Shown here: piece after piece, positions 1 through 9,225 of the stretch
Position numbering within the stretch: position 1 is the stretch's first letter
Layout: every line of letters starts with the position of its first letter
Source of the DNA: Flavobacteriales bacterium
GTDB taxonomy: Bacteria > Bacteroidota > Bacteroidia > Palsa-965
NCBI GenBank assembly: GCA_040377305.1
Contig: JBEIPA010000025.1
Span: 1-64,000 of the forward strand
Reading direction: 5' to 3'
Length of the DNA: 64,000 bases
Made by a program: the position numbers and the translations under genes
The notes under the pieces: model-generated
The model's database searches: none
What the model saw: the letters and a program-made list of their open reading frames with translations, nothing else
Told to the model about the DNA's origin: nothing

Positions 1-51
1 CGCCTCTGTGTGGTGTCTAATAGTCCCACCCCGGCTCATAAACACCCCCTA

Positions 52-100
52 ACCTCCCTTTTGGGCGTCCCGCGGGGGGCCACCCCCAAAAAAGGGAGGT
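52..100. repeat. GC-rich imperfect inverted repeat (REP-like hairpin)
   Basis: ACCTCCCTTTTGGG (52-65) pairs with CCCAAAAAAGGGAGGT (85-100) with a 2-nt bulge. Confidence 0.55.
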
Positions 101-235
101 AAAGGGAAAGTGCACCGTCTGTGTTAGGAATATGCGACGCCACAGCGTCGTTTGAAGAATAGTTCGAATGAACGTGCAGACACTCTGTATATACTCACGT
201 TTTGCATGCTTCGATTTCGTTTCTAGCTTTGCCTC

Positions 236-553
236 GTGCCCGAAGTAAAACTTTCCTTAGAAAATTTCCGCAACGAAATGGATGAACGTGCCCTCGAGCG
301 CGGCTGGTTTTATTTCAGCAAAGGCTGGGTGCGAAAACCAACAGAAGTTCTTCCCGGGTTTTATGAGTGTGTGGTTACTGAAGTAAATCCTCATGCGGTT
401 TCATTCTCCCACAGTCAGGAAGATATATTTGAAGATGTGTATTGCACATGTGGAGGCGCTTCACCTTGGTGCAGACATTTGGCTGGGGCGATTTACTGGA
501 TCGAGAATGATAGAAAAGAGAACTTGCCTCCCAATGAACACATAATCGATTAG
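236..553 (+). CDS. SWIM zinc-finger domain protein
   Basis: CxC-x6-CxH motif (CTCGGASPWCRHL) and N-terminal 'LERGWFY'; -7 box TAGCTTTG 4 nt before the GTG. Confidence 0.75.
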   Translation: MPEVKLSLENFRNEMDERALERGWFYFSKGWVRKPTEVLPGFYECVVTEVNPHAVSFSHSQEDIFEDVYCTCGGASPWCRHLAGAIYWIENDRKENLPPNEHIID

Positions 554-650
554 TTGATATGCCGATTAGTTGATTAGTTAATGCTTTTGTTCACTGATAC
601 AATCTGTAGGTTTCCAATCAACTAATCGGAAATTGATAATCAACTAATCA
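548..650. repeat. Inverted pair of GATTAGTT/AACTAATC octamer arrays
   Basis: GATTAGTT at 548, 564 and 572; CCGATTAGTTGATT (562-575) is the exact reverse complement of AATCAACTAATCGG (616-629). Confidence 0.8.
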
Positions 651-666
651 TTTCTAACTTTCGGGT

Positions 667-1257
667 ATGATCTACGAATTCAATGGTTATCGTCCAGTGG
701 TGCATGAATCTTCATTTGTGCATCCGCAAGCTTGTGTTACCGGCAATGTGGAAATCGGACGGGATGTTTACATAGGTCCCGGTGCTGCTATTCGTGGCGA
801 CTGGGGAAAGATTATCATCAAAGACGGCTGCAATGTACAGGAGAATTGTACGGTACACATGTTTCCGGGAACGACAGTTGTATTAGAAGAAGGCGCACAT
901 ATTGGTCACGGTGCAATCATTCACGGTGCGCATATCGGGAAGAACTGTCTCGTGGGAATGAACGCCGTGATTATGGACAATGTTGAACTTGGTGATGAAT
1001 GCATTGTGGGTGCTCTCACGTTTGTTGCTGCAGATACGGTGATTGAAAAAAGAAAAGTAGTTGTGGGCAATCCCGGAAAAGTGGTGAAAGATGTGAGTGA
1101 TAAAATGATTGAGTGGAAGACGAAAGGGACGGAGTTGTATCAGCAGTTGCCATCGGAGCTTCATGCGACGTTGAAAGAATGTGAACCGTTGAGAAGACCG
1201 GCGCCGTTTGATCCGGGGCAGCAACAGGTTTACAAGACATGGAACGAGAATAAGTAG
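667..1257 (+). CDS. paaY: PaaY-like / gamma-carbonic-anhydrase-family hexapeptide-repeat protein
   Basis: Left-handed beta-helix hexapeptides with 'IRGDWG', 'NVQENCTVH' and 'HIGHGAIIHG'. Confidence 0.8.
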   Translation: MIYEFNGYRPVVHESSFVHPQACVTGNVEIGRDVYIGPGAAIRGDWGKIIIKDGCNVQENCTVHMFPGTTVVLEEGAHIGHGAIIHGAHIGKNCLVGMNAVIMDNVELGDECIVGALTFVAADTVIEKRKVVVGNPGKVVKDVSDKMIEWKTKGTELYQQLPSELHATLKECEPLRRPAPFDPGQQQVYKTWNENK

Positions 1258-1299
1258 ATCGTGGCTGTGTAGTGAGAACCAGGATAATCATGGTCAATA

Positions 1300-1335
1300 A
1301 ACTACAAAGACGCAAAAGCGCAAAGGACCGCAAAG
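1300..1335 (+). repeat. CGCAAAG-type short repeat element, copy 1
   Basis: AACTACAAAGACGCAAAAGCGCAAAGG matches 2961-2987 at 26 of 27 positions. Confidence 0.75.
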
Positions 1336-1340
1336 AAATA

Positions 1341-1724
1341 GTGAAACAAGAAGCAATCACATTCGGAAAATACTTGTTGTCGGGAGAAACACCGGATGAG
1401 AAGTCGATTGCGTTGTATGAAGCGGCACATGCGCATAAGAATTTGAGTGTGCCCGTGAATGAGCAAAAGTTATTCTCCTTTGCGGTGAAGAATCGCTGGG
1501 CAATCGGTGCGATTGATGGTGCGCTGGCATTCAAAAATCCGAATCACATTGTGAGAAGAAAGCTGTTGCTGATGTCGGCGATTTTGGAATCGAGACCGAA
1601 ATATGCGGAGTTGTTTATACCGAAGAAGAGGAGTGTCTTTTATTTGATCGCGTTTGGTTGTATTGGGTTTCGCGCGATGTGTAAAGCAATCTTTGGTCGT
1701 GTTCTTCTAGCTTTCGTGGCTTGA
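1341..1724 (+). CDS. Hypothetical protein
   Basis: ORF 1272-1724; its first ~23 codons translate an intergenic CGCAAAG repeat, so the GTG at 1341 is the likelier start; hydrophobic C-terminus. Confidence 0.6.
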   Translation: MKQEAITFGKYLLSGETPDEKSIALYEAAHAHKNLSVPVNEQKLFSFAVKNRWAIGAIDGALAFKNPNHIVRRKLLLMSAILESRPKYAELFIPKKRSVFYLIAFGCIGFRAMCKAIFGRVLLAFVA

Positions 1725-1919
1725 CTTACTGTGTAGAATGGTACGCGGAAAATACGGAAAGGACAGATCAAACGGATTTCTGAGAACTGAATCGAGGCTA
1801 ATGCCTGTTGCTTATTGGAACACAGAAAAAAACGGATGTGGCGGAAATCACACGGATCTTACGGGTAGTTGCTAGAAAGAAACTCCTTTAACACATTAAC
1901 AAACTAGCACATTAGCACA

Positions 1920-2915
1920 TTAATCGTCATGGCCCTTGCCTCTCAGCTTTCCATTCTTCCACAAATAATCTTCTTCGGCTTCTGCTTTCTTCGCTGAGTC
2001 ACTCACTTCTTTGTCTTCGAGTTTTTTGAGATCGGGTTGACCTGCATTCACCCAAGCCGTGTACCACAAACTGCCCACCATGCGAATCGCTGCGCGCATG
2101 CGACGTTCTACCATTCCGTTGAGCGCATTGCTGTAAGCACGCGTGTATTCTTCGCTGTACGTTTTAATAGTTGCGTTGCCGCGTTGCTCAAATGCGTATT
2201 TGCGATCGGGTGCAGTTGATGCGTTTAGATTTTTCTCGAGAACCAATACAGAATCCACTTCGGAGTGGCTCACCTTTACAATTCCCCACGCCGTGGTGAT
2301 TACTGACTCAACATATTCCGCACGACCAACGAAGTAATCGTAATTCTCTCCGTACAATTCAGGAATACGCGACTCCCAAAAACCGTGAATACCGTGCTGA
2401 CCTGTAAGTTGTCCGTTGTAATTCTCTGTAGTGTGAAGCGGAACGTGTGCATCGCCAACATAGTGACCAAGCTCAGCGGAGTAACGTAAAATCTTGTCGA
2501 CGTTTCCTTCGCGAAATGCTTCCGTGAGACGATACGTCATCATGTCAATCCACCAAGGCACAATTCCGTAAGCGTTCAACGTGTCTTCGGTATATTTCGC
2601 TACAGCAGCTTTCCAGAATCGTGGCATGCTGTCGATTGCAGTTGCTCCGTAGTGATCAATGTCGATGTAGTGACGTGGTGCCTCCTCTGCAACGGAGTAG
2701 CGACGCTTGTCAGGATCAACAGAATGTTCGGTGATGTATTCGATGTGCTTCTTGTAAAAGCCAAGCATCTCCGGTGGCAATGTGAAAACAGCCATGCGAT
2801 TGATGCGTTTGTGACCATAAAATCCCCAGGAGTGTGCTTCTTCTTTGGGCAGAGAAAGGAGGATGAAGGGAGAGATCACCAGAACGATGAACAAAACGCG
2901 AAGCATCTTTTTCAT
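1920..2915 (-). CDS. Secreted S1/P1 nuclease / zinc-dependent phospholipase C family protein
   Basis: Signal peptide followed by 'WGFYGH', 'HYIDID', 'GHYVGDAHVPLH' and 'GIHGFWES' zinc ligands; start set at MKKMLRV (2915). Confidence 0.85.
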   Translation of the reverse strand: MKKMLRVLFIVLVISPFILLSLPKEEAHSWGFYGHKRINRMAVFTLPPEMLGFYKKHIEYITEHSVDPDKRRYSVAEEAPRHYIDIDHYGATAIDSMPRFWKAAVAKYTEDTLNAYGIVPWWIDMMTYRLTEAFREGNVDKILRYSAELGHYVGDAHVPLHTTENYNGQLTGQHGIHGFWESRIPELYGENYDYFVGRAEYVESVITTAWGIVKVSHSEVDSVLVLEKNLNASTAPDRKYAFEQRGNATIKTYSEEYTRAYSNALNGMVERRMRAAIRMVGSLWYTAWVNAGQPDLKKLEDKEVSDSAKKAEAEEDYLWKNGKLRGKGHDD

Positions 2916-2960
2916 TCTTGTGGTTACCGCCTTTCTACCAGAAATCATCATACCGAAATT

Positions 2961-2996
2961 AACTACAAAGACGCAAAGGCGCAAAGGTGCGCAGAG
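2961..2996 (+). repeat. CGCAAAG-type short repeat element, copy 2
   Basis: Near-identical to 1300-1326. Confidence 0.75.
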
Positions 2997-2998
2997 AA

Positions 2999-3730
2999 TT
3001 AACGTTTTAGTTTCACCAATGCGTCTCCTTCTAACACTGGGATAACATCCGTCATGTCCTTTTGGAGGCAATAGCGAATATCATCCTTCAATCCAAGTTT
3101 AGACAAACGCTGCTTGTGAGAAGCTCTGGAAAGAAAACGTGCCGGTGATGTTTCTGCAATCTGAAAAAGATATTTCAATGCAAGACATCCGTCACCTAAA
3201 AGCAATTTCGGATTGCGCTTCACGAGTTCGTGCGTTACCGCTCCGGCGAAGAGTGAATCTTCGAGATTGAAACGATTCTTCCAGCCCGAACACAAGAGAA
3301 GCACACTGCGATCCTGAGAAACGAGCCAATCGCACAATGCAGTAATGTTTGTAAACGCACCTATCACAACCTGGTAAGCGTTGCGGGAAACTTCAATCGC
3401 CTGCGTGCCATTTGTAGTAGTAAGCGCAATTGTTTTTCCTTCAACATCAGGGCCCATATAATCGAATGGGGAATTACCGTAATCGAATCCTTCTACTTTG
3501 ATCGCGTCACGCTCCGCGCCTGCCATCATACCGGAATCTTTATACTTCCGCGCTTCTTCGACCGTAGCCACCGGAATAATTTTCTCAGCTCCGTGATGAA
3601 ATGCTGTACAGATTGCAGAAGTCGCGCGCAACACATCGATGATGACAACAATGCTTTCTTTATCCTCGTAAACCGGATAGAGCATCGGTGAAAAACATGC
3701 GTCGACTTTGATTCCTGTCTCTTCGCTCAT
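2999..3730 (-). CDS. comB: 2-phosphosulfolactate phosphatase family protein
   Basis: 'VVIIDVLRATS', 'GFDYGNSP', 'TTTNGT' and 'LEDSLFAG' motifs. Confidence 0.9.
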   Translation of the reverse strand: MSEETGIKVDACFSPMLYPVYEDKESIVVIIDVLRATSAICTAFHHGAEKIIPVATVEEARKYKDSGMMAGAERDAIKVEGFDYGNSPFDYMGPDVEGKTIALTTTNGTQAIEVSRNAYQVVIGAFTNITALCDWLVSQDRSVLLLCSGWKNRFNLEDSLFAGAVTHELVKRNPKLLLGDGCLALKYLFQIAETSPARFLSRASHKQRLSKLGLKDDIRYCLQKDMTDVIPVLEGDALVKLKR

Positions 3731-3733
3731 AAA

Positions 3734-4837
3734 TTATTTCGTAACCAGAAATGGAATTTTTGCAACCTGCGCTTTGATCGACTTGTCGCGAATTTTGATG
3801 AAGATTTCAGAGCCCGCTTTCGAGAATTCTTTCTTCACGTAACCCATTCCGATTGCTTTCTGCAAGGACGGCGATTGTGTTCCGGAAGTCACTTCACCAA
3901 TTGCATCACCATTCGCATCTACAATCTCGTAATGCTGACGGGGAATTCCGCGATCGATCATTTCGAAACCTACAAGCTTGCGACCTGTTCCTTGTTCTTT
4001 ATGCTGAAGCAAGAGCGCTTTATCAATAAATTCTTTGTTGAATTTGGTGATCCAACCCAAGCCCGCTTCAATCGGAGAAGTTGTGTCGTTGATATCGTTT
4101 CCGTAGAGACAGAATCCCATTTCGAGACGAAGTGTATCGCGTGCGCCCAAACCAATTGGCTTGATTCCGAACTCAGCACCTGCTTCGAAAATTGCATTCC
4201 AGATTGTGTCTGCATGCTCGTTGTCGAAGTAGATTTCAAATCCGCCAGCTCCGGTATAACCTGTATTCGAAACAACGATATTGTCGAGACCTGCGAACTT
4301 TCCTTTTTTGAAATGGTAATACGGTATTTCAGAAAGGTTGATATCGGTGAGTTTCTGCAGTGCAGCCGTCGCCTTCGGTCCCTGAACAGCAAGCAATGAT
4401 GTACGATCAGAAATATTTTTCATGTCAACACCAAACGTGTTGTGTGAAGAAATCCAATTCCAGTCTTTCTCGATATTCGATGCATTAACAACAAGCATGT
4501 ACGTTTTCTCATCGATGCGATACACGAGTAAGTCATCCACGATTCCGCCTTTTCCATTCGGGAGGCAAGAATACTGTACGCGACCGTCGTACAACTGTGA
4601 AACGTCGTTTGTTGTTACGTACTGCAACAGGTCAAGAACTTTATCTCCTTTCAGGATAAATTCACCCATGTGCGAAACATCGAACACGCCCACTCCATTA
4701 CGGACAGTCAGGTGTTCTTCATTGAGTCCCGCATAAGAAACAGGCATGTTATATCCTGCGAAGGGAACCATTTTTGCGCCAAGAGAAATGTGTTTCTGGC
4801 TAAGGGCGGTGTTGCGTAAAGTTTCGGTAGCTTCCAT
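3734..4837 (-). CDS. gcvT: Glycine cleavage system aminomethyltransferase T
   Basis: 'FDVSHMGE', '[10 protein letters not shown]' and '[13 protein letters not shown]'. Confidence 0.97.
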   Translation of the reverse strand: MEATETLRNTALSQKHISLGAKMVPFAGYNMPVSYAGLNEEHLTVRNGVGVFDVSHMGEFILKGDKVLDLLQYVTTNDVSQLYDGRVQYSCLPNGKGGIVDDLLVYRIDEKTYMLVVNASNIEKDWNWISSHNTFGVDMKNISDRTSLLAVQGPKATAALQKLTDINLSEIPYYHFKKGKFAGLDNIVVSNTGYTGAGGFEIYFDNEHADTIWNAIFEAGAEFGIKPIGLGARDTLRLEMGFCLYGNDINDTTSPIEAGLGWITKFNKEFIDKALLLQHKEQGTGRKLVGFEMIDRGIPRQHYEIVDANGDAIGEVTSGTQSPSLQKAIGMGYVKKEFSKAGSEIFIKIRDKSIKAQVAKIPFLVTK

Positions 4838-4949
4838 TGTGTGTGAATGAGGAGCAAATTTAGCTATTTCGGCGGGATTTTCGGTGTCGCCTTTGGCGAT
4901 GTTTTACCACGGAGACACGGCGAGCACGGCGAAAATTCTACTTTACTTG

Positions 4950-6041
4950 CTAAAGCGTGGAGAGAAGACTAACATACGAGTCCTTCCATGCATCGACCGA
5001 ATACTTCTGCCTGACTGTTTCAATCGCGGCATTTCCAATCGTACTTCTCAATTCTGCCGATGAAATCAACCGATCGAGCTTACTCACCCACTCTTCTGTT
5101 GATGTGGCGAGCATCCCGTTCTCACCATCCCGGATAATCTCCGTGTTCACTCCCACTGGCGACATGATTGTTGGAATTCCAAGCGCCATGTACTGTAAAC
5201 CTTTCAATCCGCATTTGCCTTTTGCCCACTCATCATCCGGCAACGGCATAATTCCGATATCGAAAGACGAAAGTTCTTTCACTTCGTCTTCTTTCTTCCA
5301 GGCAAGGGCGCGCACACCAAGTTCTTCGTTTGTATAATTCGGATCGCCAATTACTTTGATGTTCACCTTGTCGCCGTACTTCTTTTTGATTTCGCGAAGG
5401 AAAGGGACGGCGAATTCGAAGTGTTTGATGGTTGTTAAGGACCCACTCCAGCCAATACAGATGGGAGATTGGAGATCGGAGACGGGAGTGACCACCCGTG
5501 TATACTCGAATGTGTCTATCGTGGTAGGAACAATTACTACATTCTTATTGTGTCGTCTTGCGTAACTCGCGAGGTATTCATTACCAGCGATTACAAGATG
5601 ACTCATGGAAATAATTTCCGCCGTCTTTCCCGGATTTTTCAGCCACTCGAATTTCTTGTTCGCATTCGAAGTATCCAGATTCCAGATTGCATCGTCGAAA
5701 TCAAAAACAAGTTTTGCGCCTGACTTCGCAAATTTTTTCTCGAAGCGCGTTGACCCTGTCATGAAAGCTTCACGCTGAACAAAAATGATGTCGTATTCAG
5801 AAGCTCGCCATGCATCTTTGCGTCTCTTCCACCAGCTTTTCAGAAGTATGAGAACTTTGGTGCGAAGATTTCCCGGAGCGTAAAATCGTTTGTCGTCTTT
5901 CTCCGAGATGAGCCAGGAGAAATCGTAATCGAATCCATTCTGCTTGAGATAATCGAGGTATTGTTCGAACCGGAAACGCTGACTTGGGGAGCGATCCGGT
6001 CGGTGTGCAGCAACGAAAAGAATCCTCCGTTTCATAAACAT
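4950..6041 (-). CDS. Glycosyltransferase family 4
   Basis: GT-B fold with 'FDFDDAIW' and 'GKCGLKGLQYMALGIP'. Confidence 0.9.
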   Translation of the reverse strand: MFMKRRILFVAAHRPDRSPSQRFRFEQYLDYLKQNGFDYDFSWLISEKDDKRFYAPGNLRTKVLILLKSWWKRRKDAWRASEYDIIFVQREAFMTGSTRFEKKFAKSGAKLVFDFDDAIWNLDTSNANKKFEWLKNPGKTAEIISMSHLVIAGNEYLASYARRHNKNVVIVPTTIDTFEYTRVVTPVSDLQSPICIGWSGSLTTIKHFEFAVPFLREIKKKYGDKVNIKVIGDPNYTNEELGVRALAWKKEDEVKELSSFDIGIMPLPDDEWAKGKCGLKGLQYMALGIPTIMSPVGVNTEIIRDGENGMLATSTEEWVSKLDRLISSAELRSTIGNAAIETVRQKYSVDAWKDSYVSLLSTL

Positions 6042-6167
6042 CGCATTACTTCCTTGCTTCCTTGTCCGCGCACTCGACGTACGTGAGTACTACTCGCGCA
6101 CGAACTGCGTCGCAGCGTCGTACTGCTCGTTTCTGAAACGGATGAATGGAGACGCAAGTTCATGGTA

Positions 6168-7163
6168 TTATTCTTCGAGCCAAACCGGTGGAAGCTTATC
6201 AGTGATCTCAATTTCGCCAAACTTTTTACTCTTGCGAACACCGGCTGTTTTCGCCCATGCAGCCATGCGATTCAATCCATCTTCCAATGAAGTAAGCGGA
6301 TGATCGCCCAAATATTTTTTCACCTTGGAATGATCAGCGTGCGCGTGTACAACTTCGTTTCGTGCTTCGAGATGACGAAGTTCGCCGGTAATTCCCATTG
6401 CTTTCATCGTCAACGTTGCAAGTTCGCTAACCGAATGTTCTTTATCAGCACCAATATTGAAAATCTGATTATATGCAGTTGGTGTGAAAGCAGAATTCAC
6501 AATTGCCGGAACAATATCACCGATGTAACTGAATGCGCGCGTTTGCTTACCATCACCAAAAACAGTGAGTGGTTTTCCCTGCATGAGTTGATTCATGAAA
6601 ATGCCAACTACGTTACGGTAACGATCTCCGATGTTCTGGTATTCGCCATACACATTGTGCGGACGGAAAATCACGTAATTCAATCCGAACATTTCGTGCG
6701 TGACTTTGAGGTCCATTTCAACCGCAAGCTTTGCAATTCCATACGGATCTTCCGGAACCGGAATCATGTCTTCGCGCATCGGAGGTTTCAACGCTCCATA
6801 AACTGCAATCGAGGAAGTGAATACAAAACACTGCACCTTATGTTTCACCGCAGCGTTGATGAGATTCACACTTCCCGTTAAATTGTTCGTGTAATTGAAT
6901 CGCTTGATGAAATGGCTCAATCCTTCAGCCGCATAAGCCGCGAGATGATAGACGTAATCGAATTTATGCGCTGCGAAAATGCGATCAATCAATTCGTGAT
7001 CAACAACCGATCCTTCTACGAACTCCGCTTTCGGATTCACATTCTCCATGAAACCGCCGGAAAGATCATCCAGCACCACTACTTTGTGGCCTTGACGGAT
7101 CAATTCATTCACAACATGTGCACCAATGAAGCCGGCGCCACCGGTAACCAGAGAAGTTGGCAT
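6168..7163 (-). CDS. NAD-dependent epimerase/dehydratase (extended SDR)
   Basis: TGGAGFIG, YGIAK (YxxxK) and 'HLAAYAAEG'; start moved to the ATG at 7163, 5 nt after the -7 box TATATTTG. Confidence 0.9.
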   Translation of the reverse strand: MPTSLVTGGAGFIGAHVVNELIRQGHKVVVLDDLSGGFMENVNPKAEFVEGSVVDHELIDRIFAAHKFDYVYHLAAYAAEGLSHFIKRFNYTNNLTGSVNLINAAVKHKVQCFVFTSSIAVYGALKPPMREDMIPVPEDPYGIAKLAVEMDLKVTHEMFGLNYVIFRPHNVYGEYQNIGDRYRNVVGIFMNQLMQGKPLTVFGDGKQTRAFSYIGDIVPAIVNSAFTPTAYNQIFNIGADKEHSVSELATLTMKAMGITGELRHLEARNEVVHAHADHSKVKKYLGDHPLTSLEDGLNRMAAWAKTAGVRKSKKFGEIEITDKLPPVWLEE

Positions 7164-7179
7164 ATCCACAAATATACGA

Positions 7180-7260
7180 CAGTAGGCAGTTGGGCAGTAG
7201 TGCAGTTGGCAGTCAATCCCACATTTTACTGCCTACTGCCCACCTGCTTACTGCCTACTG
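7180..7260. repeat. Inverted pair of GGCAGTA/TACTGCC heptamer arrays in a divergent promoter region
   Basis: CAGTAGGCAGT (7180-7190) pairs with ACTGCCTACTG (7250-7260); 4-5 units per arm. Confidence 0.8.
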
Positions 7261-7279
7261 ATTTGCTATCTTTAGGGCC

Positions 7280-9154
7280 ATGCTCAAATTAGGAGAAGGC
7301 TTCACCCCTCGTTGGATCGTATTATCGATCGACGTTGGAATTGTGTTCGTAGCACTGGTGATTTCATACCTGCTTCGCTTCGACTTTACATTACCGGCTG
7401 CAGAAGTTGCCACATTTCCGGTGGTGATTCCGGTGGTCATCGGTGTTCGTGCACTGAGCTTTCTGATTGCACGTATTCCCTGGGCCATTGTTCGCTACAT
7501 GAGTCAACGGGATGCCATGCGCATTCTCATCACCATTGTTTTCGGAACAGTTTTCTTCTACATCTTCAACCAGATCACGTTTCGTTTCGTGAATGGGTTG
7601 TACTATATCCCGCATTCAATTATTCTCATTGAATTTCTGACTACGACCTTCGGATTGATCAGTTCGCGTTTGATTTACAAAGCGCTGTATACCGAAATAA
7701 AAAATCCGAGCAGGGAGAAACACAATGTGATCATTTATGGTGCGGGTGAATCGGGATTGATTACAAAACGAACGTTGGATCGCGACGCAGGTTCGAACTT
7801 GCGGGTAAAAGCATTTGTGGATGATGATGAAAGCAAAGCCGGCAAGAAATTAGAAGGCGCTACAATTTATCATACCTCGCAGCTCACTGAATTACTGGCG
7901 AAGAAAGACATTGAGCAGGTAATTATTTCCATCCAGAACATTCCTGCGCGTCGTAAAGAAGAAATCGTTGACGTTGCGCTCACCTACAATACAAAAGTGC
8001 TCAATGTGCCGCCGGTGTCGAACTGGATAAACGGAGAATTGAGTGCGCGTCAGTTCCGAAAAATTCAGATTGAAGAATTACTGGGTCGCGAGCAAATCCG
8101 TTTGGACGAGGCGAACATCAGTGCAGAGATAAAAGGCAAACGCATACTAATTACAGGCGCTGCAGGTTCCATAGGAAGTGAAATCGCGCGGCAGGTTGCG
8201 CGATTCAATCCGGCACAACTGATTCTACTCGATCAGGCGGAATCTCCTTTGTACGAACTAGAAATCGAATGCCTCGAGAAATTTCCGGATGTGAAATCGG
8301 AAGTAGTGATGGGCGATGTACGCAACTACGATCGCATGAAGCGTGTGTTCGATCACTTCAAACCACAAATCGTTTATCACGCAGCTGCATACAAGCACGT
8401 GCCCATGATGGAACTGAATCCATCGGAAGCAGTTTTGACAAACGTTCAAGGCACAAAAGTCACTGCTGAGCTTGCTTACCAGTACAAAGCGGAGAAATTC
8501 GTAATGGTTTCCACCGATAAGGCCGTGAATCCAACGAACGTAATGGGCGCATCGAAACGTATTGCAGAGATTTATGCGCAGTCTTTGAACAATTCTGTAC
8601 AAGGAACGCGATTCATCACTACGCGCTTCGGCAATGTACTTGGATCAACAGGTTCAGTAATTCCGCGCTTCCGTCAGCAGATCGAAACAGGAGGACCCGT
8701 TACGATCACTGATCCGGAAATCACGCGTTACTTCATGACCATTCCGGAAGCATGCCGACTCGTAATTGAAGCGGGCTGCATGGGCAAAGGCGGAGAAATT
8801 TTCATCTTCGACATGGGCAAGTCGGTGAAGATTATCGATCTCGCCAAAAAAATGATTGCACTTTCCGGATTAGAACTCGGCAAAGACATCGACATCGTTG
8901 TTACCGGATTACGTCCTGGCGAGAAATTGTACGAAGAATTACTCAACAACTCCGAGAATACCATTCCTACTCATCACGAAAAAATTCTTGTTGCACAGGT
9001 TGCGCAGTACGATTTCGATTCAGTGAAGAAACACATTGATGAATTGATTTCACTATTCAATGCGCAGAACAACATTTCCATCGTGAAGAAGATGAAAGAA
9101 ATCGTGCCTGAGTATGTGAGCAATAATTCGGAGTTTGAGAAGTTGGATCGATAA
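7280..9154 (+). CDS. Membrane-bound nucleoside-diphosphate-sugar dehydratase (CapD/PglF/WbpM family)
   Basis: Four N-terminal TM helices, 'GAGESG', 'TGAAGSIGSE', 'HAAAYKHVP', 'STDKAVNPTNVMGASK' and 'GLRPGEKLYEEL'. Confidence 0.93.
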   Translation: MLKLGEGFTPRWIVLSIDVGIVFVALVISYLLRFDFTLPAAEVATFPVVIPVVIGVRALSFLIARIPWAIVRYMSQRDAMRILITIVFGTVFFYIFNQITFRFVNGLYYIPHSIILIEFLTTTFGLISSRLIYKALYTEIKNPSREKHNVIIYGAGESGLITKRTLDRDAGSNLRVKAFVDDDESKAGKKLEGATIYHTSQLTELLAKKDIEQVIISIQNIPARRKEEIVDVALTYNTKVLNVPPVSNWINGELSARQFRKIQIEELLGREQIRLDEANISAEIKGKRILITGAAGSIGSEIARQVARFNPAQLILLDQAESPLYELEIECLEKFPDVKSEVVMGDVRNYDRMKRVFDHFKPQIVYHAAAYKHVPMMELNPSEAVLTNVQGTKVTAELAYQYKAEKFVMVSTDKAVNPTNVMGASKRIAEIYAQSLNNSVQGTRFITTRFGNVLGSTGSVIPRFRQQIETGGPVTITDPEITRYFMTIPEACRLVIEAGCMGKGGEIFIFDMGKSVKIIDLAKKMIALSGLELGKDIDIVVTGLRPGEKLYEELLNNSENTIPTHHEKILVAQVAQYDFDSVKKHIDELISLFNAQNNISIVKKMKEIVPEYVSNNSEFEKLDR

Positions 9155-9166
9155 CTGACCCGTTCT

Positions 9167-9201
9167 GAAAAAAAACGGGAGACCGAATGCCGATCTCCCT
9201 T
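9167..9201 (-). terminator. Rho-independent terminator between convergent genes
   Basis: GGGAGA...TCTCCC stem preceded by an A-run, which is a U-run on the minus strand. Confidence 0.6.
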
Positions 9202-9225
9202 CCCCCCCACTGCTAATAATGCGCG

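Noticed and set aside
7180-7260. Invertible capsule promoter of the Bacteroides type
   Set aside because: Both -7 boxes lie outside the inverted arms, the spacer is only about 13 bp, and there is no recombinase nearby.
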